From an uncultured Desulfobacterales bacterium (GTDB lineage: Bacteria; Desulfobacterota; Desulfobacteria; Desulfobacterales; CAFBRK01), in contig CAYPFH010000001.1 of NCBI GenBank assembly GCA_964409825.1, positions 1 to 53,172 of the forward strand: a stretch of 53,172 nt of DNA, given 5' to 3'. Position numbers and translations under genes: made by a program. Below, piece after piece: positions 48,124 through 53,172 of this stretch; positions within the stretch are counted from its first letter, which is position 1; the number at the start of each line of letters is the position of its first letter. The notes under the pieces were generated by a model that saw only the letters and a program-made list of their open reading frames with translations, searched no databases and had not been told where the DNA came from.

Positions 48124-48489
48124 TTGGCGGTTGGTTTGAGCAGAACGACGTTCACCAAAGCGGACAGGCTTCGGAAGCGGCAGGAGTTTCTCTACCTGTT
48201 CAGAGAAGGCCGGAGGGTGCACACGGCCTTTTTCATGGCCATATTCGTTCCGACAGACCTGGATTCCCGTCTCGGGATTACCGTCTCGAAAAAAGTCGGA
48301 AAAGCCGTCCGTCGAAATCGGGTCAAACGCCTCACCAGGGAATACTTTCGGCAGAACCGGAATCGCATCCGAGGACAGTGGGATATCAATATCGTTGCCA
48401 AAAGCGGGAGCGCAGACTTGGTGACGCCGGATGTGTTCAGACAGCTCCAAATATTATTGGACCGCATCTCCAGGAGCGCAGACAATTAG
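48124..48489 (+). CDS. rnpA: Ribonuclease P protein component
   Basis: [28 protein letters not shown]...[27 protein letters not shown] (RNR motif). A TTG start is likely (48124 or 48136). Confidence 0.9.
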   Translation: MAVGLSRTTFTKADRLRKRQEFLYLFREGRRVHTAFFMAIFVPTDLDSRLGITVSKKVGKAVRRNRVKRLTREYFRQNRNRIRGQWDINIVAKSGSADLVTPDVFRQLQILLDRISRSADN

Positions 48490-48706
48490 GGGGGTTGCCC
48501 AAAAAGGGGTCCTGTCGGCGATACGGGCCTACCAGCTCTTTATATCCCCCATGCTCGGGCCCTCCTGCCGGTTTTACCCCACCTGCTCTGCCTATGCCCA
48601 AGAAGCGATTGCCCGGTACGGACTGCTCAAAGGCGGTTATATGGCGCTTCGAAGGATTTTGCGCTGCCACCCGTTTCATGGCGGAGGAGCAGATCCGGTT
48701 CCCTGA
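48431..48706 (+). CDS. yidD: Membrane protein insertion efficiency factor YidD
   Basis: [64 protein letters not shown]. The only in-frame ATG (48431) overlaps the rnpA 3' end by 59 nt, so the true start is uncertain. Confidence 0.85.
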   Translation: MCSDSSKYYWTASPGAQTIRGVAQKGVLSAIRAYQLFISPMLGPSCRFYPTCSAYAQEAIARYGLLKGGYMALRRILRCHPFHGGGADPVP

Positions 48707-48851
48707 GAAAAAAGGCAGAGCCCTCGATACCGGAAGTGTCAAAGGGCAGCATCGGCGAAAGATCCAGCTGTTGTGTCTTCTCGCAGCACCCGCCAACGGC
48801 CTGTATAGTTCCGGCAAAGCATCCAAAGTGTCTGACAGGAGATTTAGTTAG

Positions 48852-50519
48852 ATGGAACAAGCCCGCATTCTTGTGGCCATAGCACTTTCATTCGCCGTTT
48901 TTTTGATCTGGGAAATCTTTTTCGTCGAACGCCCCACGAAAGCCCCACCTGCCGAACAGACGCAGCAAACGGCCGCCAAAACGCCGACAACCCCTGAAAC
49001 CGGACCGGTATCAACCCCACAAGCGGATATGTTTTCGCCGGAAGCTGTGCGGTCCGAAACGGCTTTGGAGGCTGCGGGAAGAGCCAAGCGCATCACCGTG
49101 GAAACGCCGTTGTACACGGCCGTGCTCTCGGAAAGCGGGGCAACGATTCGCAACTGGAAATTGCGGCAGTACCGGGAGGCGGCAGATCCGGGTGCCGCTG
49201 CGAAGGAGTTGGTCGGAGAAAAAGTCCCGGGCGGCAGTGTGCAGACATTGTGGGGCAAGCCAATGGCTGCGGCCATGGAAAACGGCCGGTTTTTCCTGTC
49301 GTCTGGAGAAACCGAGGTGAAGGTGACGGATCTTGACCGCAGCGTACGATTTTCCTGGCAGTCCCCTGATGGGGTTCGGGTCGAAAAAACCTACACCTTT
49401 TCACCGAATAGCTATCTGGTCCATTTGGCCGTCACGGTACAGAACGGAGCCGGCCGGCCGCTTGTCAACGACCTGGGCATCTCCCTTCGCAGCCTCTTTG
49501 ATGAATCCAGCCGGGCGATTGGTTTTCAGGGGGCAAGCGCCCGGGTCGACGGTCGCATCGAGCAGATCGACGTCGGGGATGTCGACGAAGAAGCCCTTGA
49601 CGCAGGAAAGGTTCAATGGATTTCACTGCAGGATCGGTATTTTCTTTCTGCACTCATACCGGTTGTGCCGGTGCAAACGAACGTGGCGCTTTCCAGCCCG
49701 GCGCCGGGAATCGTCGAAAACCGGTTCGTTCAACCGGGAATCGAGCTGGCCCCCGGAGCGCAGAAACAGTACGATTACAAACTTTTTTTCGGGCCCAAGA
49801 GCATGAGGGTCCTGGGGGAGGCTGGATATGACCTGAATCGTGCAATCGATTTCGGCTGGTTCGACTTCATTGCCAAGCCCTGTCTCTGGCTGATGAACTT
49901 TATCTATCGTTTCATTCCAAACTACGGCGTGGCCATCATTTGTCTAACCCTGATTACGAAAATTCTGCTCTGGCCCCTCGGAAACAAAAGCTACAAGTCC
50001 ATGGGGGAGATGAAAAAAATCCAACCGTTGATGGCTGAAATCAGGGAAAAATACAAAAACGACAAAAAGAAAATGAACCAGGAAATGATGGCCCTGTATC
50101 GGACATACAAGATCAATCCCGTGGGCGGTTGTCTGCCGATGGCGGCACAGATTCCTGTTTTCATTGCGCTTTACCGGATGCTTTACGAAGCGATCGAGCT
50201 GCGGCATGCGCCATTCTTCGGCTGGATCAACGATCTATCCGCGCCGGATCGGCTGTTTGAATTTCCTTTTTCCATCCCGCTGATGCAGGAGCCGCATGGC
50301 ATACCGGTTCTGACCCTGGTGATGGGCGCTTCGATGCTGCTGCAGCAAAAGATGTCGCCGCCGCCCGGCGATCCGAGCCAGGCCAAGATTATGATGTTGA
50401 TGCCGATTGTGTTTACCGTGATTTTTATTAATTTTCCATCCGGACTCGTTCTGTACTGGCTGGTGAACAACCTGTTTTCCATGGCCCAGCAATACTACAC
50501 CCAGAAGAAGCACGCGTAG
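48852..50519 (+). CDS. yidC: Membrane protein insertase YidC
   Basis: N-terminal TM segment plus a large periplasmic domain. The conserved core has WFDFIAKP, YGVAIICLTLITKILLWPL, KINPVGGCLPMAAQIPVFIALY and FPSGLVLYWLVNNLFSMAQQ. Confidence 0.93.
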   Translation: MEQARILVAIALSFAVFLIWEIFFVERPTKAPPAEQTQQTAAKTPTTPETGPVSTPQADMFSPEAVRSETALEAAGRAKRITVETPLYTAVLSESGATIRNWKLRQYREAADPGAAAKELVGEKVPGGSVQTLWGKPMAAAMENGRFFLSSGETEVKVTDLDRSVRFSWQSPDGVRVEKTYTFSPNSYLVHLAVTVQNGAGRPLVNDLGISLRSLFDESSRAIGFQGASARVDGRIEQIDVGDVDEEALDAGKVQWISLQDRYFLSALIPVVPVQTNVALSSPAPGIVENRFVQPGIELAPGAQKQYDYKLFFGPKSMRVLGEAGYDLNRAIDFGWFDFIAKPCLWLMNFIYRFIPNYGVAIICLTLITKILLWPLGNKSYKSMGEMKKIQPLMAEIREKYKNDKKKMNQEMMALYRTYKINPVGGCLPMAAQIPVFIALYRMLYEAIELRHAPFFGWINDLSAPDRLFEFPFSIPLMQEPHGIPVLTLVMGASMLLQQKMSPPPGDPSQAKIMMLMPIVFTVIFINFPSGLVLYWLVNNLFSMAQQYYTQKKHA

Positions 50520-50535
50520 CAAAGGGAGGAGGTCA

Positions 50536-51360
50536 ATGGCCCCCAAGGATGAAGAATTCGAAGGAAAAAGCGTGGATGCTGCCGTGGAGAAAGCCTGCAA
50601 GGCGCTCAAGCTGGACAAAAAAAGCCTCACCTACGACGTTCTATCCTATGGATCGACAGGAATTTTCGGTATTGTCGGTGCGAAAAAAGCTCGAATTCGG
50701 GTGAAGCAATCCACTTCTCGTAAAACCACGCTGCCGGAGCGAAGAAGATCAAAACAGAATGCCGCGATCGGTGAAGACGATGTAAATAGCCGGGAACAAA
50801 CAGCGGTCGAGGAACAGGAAAAACCAACGGCCCTTTCCCGCGAGACGGAAAAGGACCGGCCGACCCTGGCGGAAATGGAAGCCGCCGCAGAAGAAGGGAA
50901 GAATTGTCTGCGGGAGATTGTCAATGCCATCACCGACGACGCCACCATCTCTTCGGAACTGGAAAGCGAAAGCATCCGTTTTGAAATTCATGGTGGAAAC
51001 GCCGCCGTTTTGATCGGAAAGCGCGGACAAACCCTGGAGGCGATCCAATACCTGGTGGACAAGATGGTTAATCGGAAGGGAGAAGGGCGAATCCGGATTG
51101 TCGTCGATGTGGAGGGGTACTGGGAAAATCGACGTGCCAGTTTGAAGGAAATGGCCATGCGGATGGCCGGAAAGTCGAAGAAGACCGGAAAACCAATCAC
51201 GCTTGGGCAAATGAATGCCCATGACCGAAGGATCGTTCACCTCACCCTCAAGGACGATCCGCACGTGAAAACCCAAAGCCGGGGAGATGGTTTTTTCCGG
51301 AAACTGGTGATCTTCCCCAAAAAGGCATCCTCTGCTGTCCGCCAGAAGCCGAAGGAATAG
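50536..51360 (+). CDS. jag: Jag/KhpB-type RNA-binding protein (Jag_N + KH + R3H)
   Basis: EFEGKSVDAAVEKACKAL, KH-like GGNAAVLIGKRGQTLEAIQYL and R3H-like MNAHDRRIVHLTLKDDPHVKTQSRGDG. It sits in the canonical position after yidC. Confidence 0.85.
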   Translation: MAPKDEEFEGKSVDAAVEKACKALKLDKKSLTYDVLSYGSTGIFGIVGAKKARIRVKQSTSRKTTLPERRRSKQNAAIGEDDVNSREQTAVEEQEKPTALSRETEKDRPTLAEMEAAAEEGKNCLREIVNAITDDATISSELESESIRFEIHGGNAAVLIGKRGQTLEAIQYLVDKMVNRKGEGRIRIVVDVEGYWENRRASLKEMAMRMAGKSKKTGKPITLGQMNAHDRRIVHLTLKDDPHVKTQSRGDGFFRKLVIFPKKASSAVRQKPKE

Positions 51361-51439
51361 AACGCTTGTCAAAATCACGTACCGACACCCAAGGGGTGGC
51401 GCTTGATTGAGCGCATCGATTCAGCCCTATCTTAGGAAA

Positions 51440-52843
51440 ATGGAAAACTCCACCATTGCTGCCATCGCCACCCCTCCCGGGGCTGGAGGGATCGGCATCA
51501 TTCGGATCTCCGGTCCAGAAGCGCTGAAAATTCTCGGACGCATTTTTCTTCCCCATAATGGCTGCGTCAGCTCCGGAGAGGCAGGCCCCGACCCCTGGGA
51601 ATCTCACCGGTTGTATTACGGTAAAATCACAGATCCCAGCGGCGGCGCTGCCGTCGACGAAGCGCTTGTCGCATACATGAGGGCGCCCCATTCTTACACG
51701 CGGGAAGATGTCGTTGAGATCCAGGTTCATGGCGGTCCCGTCGGGCTTCGGGAGATCCTCGGTCTGGTTCTGCGAAACGGGGTGCGACTGGCCGAACCGG
51801 GCGAGTTTACCCGGCGGGCCTTTCTCAACGGGAGGATCGACCTGAGCCAAGCAGAGGCGGTGATCGACCTGATTCAGTCCCGGACAACGGCCGGGCGCAA
51901 AGTGGCGACGGCACAGCTTGGCGGAGCAATGCGGCGAGCCGTCGAGCAGCTGAGAACAGCGTTGCGGGACATCCTGGTTGAAATCGAGGCGGGAATCGAT
52001 TTTCCGGAAGAGATGAACGAAGACCAGGGGGCAGAACAATTGGCAAGTCGGCTTCGAGATGAAGTGAGAACCCCCATAGAGGGGATGCTGGTGCGATTTG
52101 AGCATGGACGGATTATACGGGAAGGGTACCGTCTTGGTGTGATCGGTCGACCGAACGTCGGCAAATCAAGCCTGATGAACCGCCTGCTCGACGAAGAGCG
52201 GGTGATTGTAACGGAAATCCCCGGCACCACCCGAGACGCGGTTGAAGAACAGATCGATCTTTATGGAATACCGGTGATTATCACCGATACCGCCGGCCTG
52301 CAGGAAACCTGCGATCCGGTTGAGAAGATCGGGATGCAAAAAACCAGGGAAGTCATCGCAAAGGCAGATGGCATTCTTTTTATGGTCGATGGAAGCCAGC
52401 CGCTTACAGACGAAGACAAGATTATTTTTGGGGAATCTCCGCTCGAAAAGACGCTATTGGTTTTGAACAAGATCGACAAGCGGGCCGGACTGGGCGATTG
52501 TCCGATTCCTGAATCGTGGAAGCGAGTGCCGGCCGTGGAAATCTCCGCCCTTTACAATCAGCACCTCGACACGCTAAAAAGGGCAGTCGCAAAGATGGCT
52601 TCCGGCGGCGTCGCCGATGAAATCGAGCACGGGTTGATACCGAGGCTGCGGCATCAGACGGCGATGAAGAAAACAATCGAAACCCTTCGTAATGCAGAAG
52701 GCGGTCTCAGCAGGAGTGCGCCGATGGAATTGGTGGCCATCGAGCTTAAAGAGGGGTTGTCGTTCTTGGGAGACATCCTCGGCATCGAAATACGGGAGGA
52801 TTTGCTGGACAACATTTTCAGCCGGTTTTGTGTAGGAAAATAG
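51440..52843 (+). CDS. mnmE: tRNA uridine-5-carboxymethylaminomethyl modification GTPase MnmE
   Basis: TIAAIATPPGAGGIGIIRISG, RRAFLNGRIDLSQAEAV, the G-domain (GRPNVGKSSLMN, DTAGL, NKID) and the C-terminal FCVGK. Confidence 0.93.
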   Translation: MENSTIAAIATPPGAGGIGIIRISGPEALKILGRIFLPHNGCVSSGEAGPDPWESHRLYYGKITDPSGGAAVDEALVAYMRAPHSYTREDVVEIQVHGGPVGLREILGLVLRNGVRLAEPGEFTRRAFLNGRIDLSQAEAVIDLIQSRTTAGRKVATAQLGGAMRRAVEQLRTALRDILVEIEAGIDFPEEMNEDQGAEQLASRLRDEVRTPIEGMLVRFEHGRIIREGYRLGVIGRPNVGKSSLMNRLLDEERVIVTEIPGTTRDAVEEQIDLYGIPVIITDTAGLQETCDPVEKIGMQKTREVIAKADGILFMVDGSQPLTDEDKIIFGESPLEKTLLVLNKIDKRAGLGDCPIPESWKRVPAVEISALYNQHLDTLKRAVAKMASGGVADEIEHGLIPRLRHQTAMKKTIETLRNAEGGLSRSAPMELVAIELKEGLSFLGDILGIEIREDLLDNIFSRFCVGK

Positions 52844-52851
52844 GATCGACA

Positions 52852-52873
52852 GGATGTTCCACGTGGAACATCC
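52852..52873. promoter_or_regulatory. parS: parS (ParB-binding centromere-like site): a perfect 22-bp palindrome GGATGTTCCACGTGGAACATCC containing the consensus TGTTCCACGTGGAACA
   Basis: Read directly at 52852-52873, 9 nt after the mnmE stop. The 16-bp core matches the TGTTNCACGTGNAACA parS consensus exactly. The context is origin-proximal (rpmH...mnmE). Confidence 0.8.
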
Positions 52874-52898
52874 CGTCGATGAAATAGGAGCGATCGCC

Positions 52899-53172
52899 AT
52901 GACCATCGATTTTGATTTTGAACCGTTCTTCAGACGATACCTGGATCTGGTGGAAAAGGCTGACGCGGCGTTTGACAAAATCCGTGGGCAGTTTCCAACC
53001 GAGGTCCGGTGCGAGATCGGCTGCGCAGACTGTTGCTATGCGCTCTTCGATCTTTCCCTGATCGAAGCCTTGCACATCAACCATCAATTTCAGCAGGCAT
53101 GCTCCGGGAGAGCCAAAGAACGCCTTCTGGAAAAGGCGAACCGGGCGGATCGCGATACTTATCGGATCAAGC
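52899..53172 (+). CDS. YkgJ/UPF0153-type cysteine-cluster protein, 3'-partial (runs off the window)
   Basis: Hand translation: MTIDFDFEPFFRRYLDLVEKADAAFDKIRGQFPTEVRCEIGCADCCYALFDLSLIEALHINHQF.... AGGAG lies 7 nt upstream. The earlier in-frame ATG at 52854 lies inside parS and was not used. Confidence 0.5.
   Translation, partial: MTIDFDFEPFFRRYLDLVEKADAAFDKIRGQFPTEVRCEIGCADCCYALFDLSLIEALHINHQFQQACSGRAKERLLEKANRADRDTYRIK

Noticed and set aside
52854-52898. The upstream in-frame ATG (52854) as the start of the last CDS
   Set aside because: That ATG is inside the parS palindrome and lacks an SD. The ATG at 52899 has AGGAG 7 nt upstream.

Overview
This is a 53-kb, roughly 58-60% GC core-chromosome segment. 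By gene content it comes from a dissimilatory sulfate reducer (Desulfobacterota / deltaproteobacterial type). I found no rRNA, tRNA, CRISPR array, transposase, integrase or phage genes.

Gene content, left to right:
- A visibly degraded Liv-type ABC transporter / acyl-CoA activation operon: livH is frameshifted, livM has an in-frame TAG, livG and livF look intact, the AMP-ligase has a large internal deletion, and the acyl-CoA dehydrogenase is truncated.
- pyrR-moaB on the minus strand, then a moaE-like gene, moaC, mltA, tatB-tatC and a tetraheme cytochrome c3.
- dsrA-dsrB-dsrD-dsrN on the minus strand, with a near-consensus sigma70 promoter and a ~165-nt leader. A hypothetical gene and a TPR gene lie upstream.
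- dapA, a YkgJ-type Cys-cluster protein, a PPC/DUF296 protein and ilvE.
- An alpha-glucan cluster made of non-classical enzyme types: a UDPGP-family UGPase, a 1435-aa GlgE-like GH13 + amylo-1,6-glucosidase fusion, a GT35 phosphorylase, GlgA and a GH13_8-type GlgB.
- An SLT transglycosylase, then an rdgC homologue split into two overlapping ORFs directly upstream of dnaN-gyrB. There is no dnaA and no recF.
- An archaeal-type thymidylate-synthase-like gene, htrA-asnS on the minus strand, and a fused radical-SAM/DUF2344 gene with rng.
- rpmH-rnpA-yidD-yidC-jag-mnmE, followed by a perfect consensus parS palindrome.

I did not find a convincing novel multi-gene system. The points most worth follow-up are:
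- the GlgE-like/debranching megafusion and its UDP-glucose-type glycogen cluster;
- the split rdgC next to dnaN;
- the divergent ThyA-like gene;
- the multi-lesion decaying operon;
- several small dispersed repeat or hairpin elements, one family of which has two copies in this window;
- the parS site.

Many long ORFs in the six-frame track are antisense or alternate-frame high-GC artefacts and were not called.
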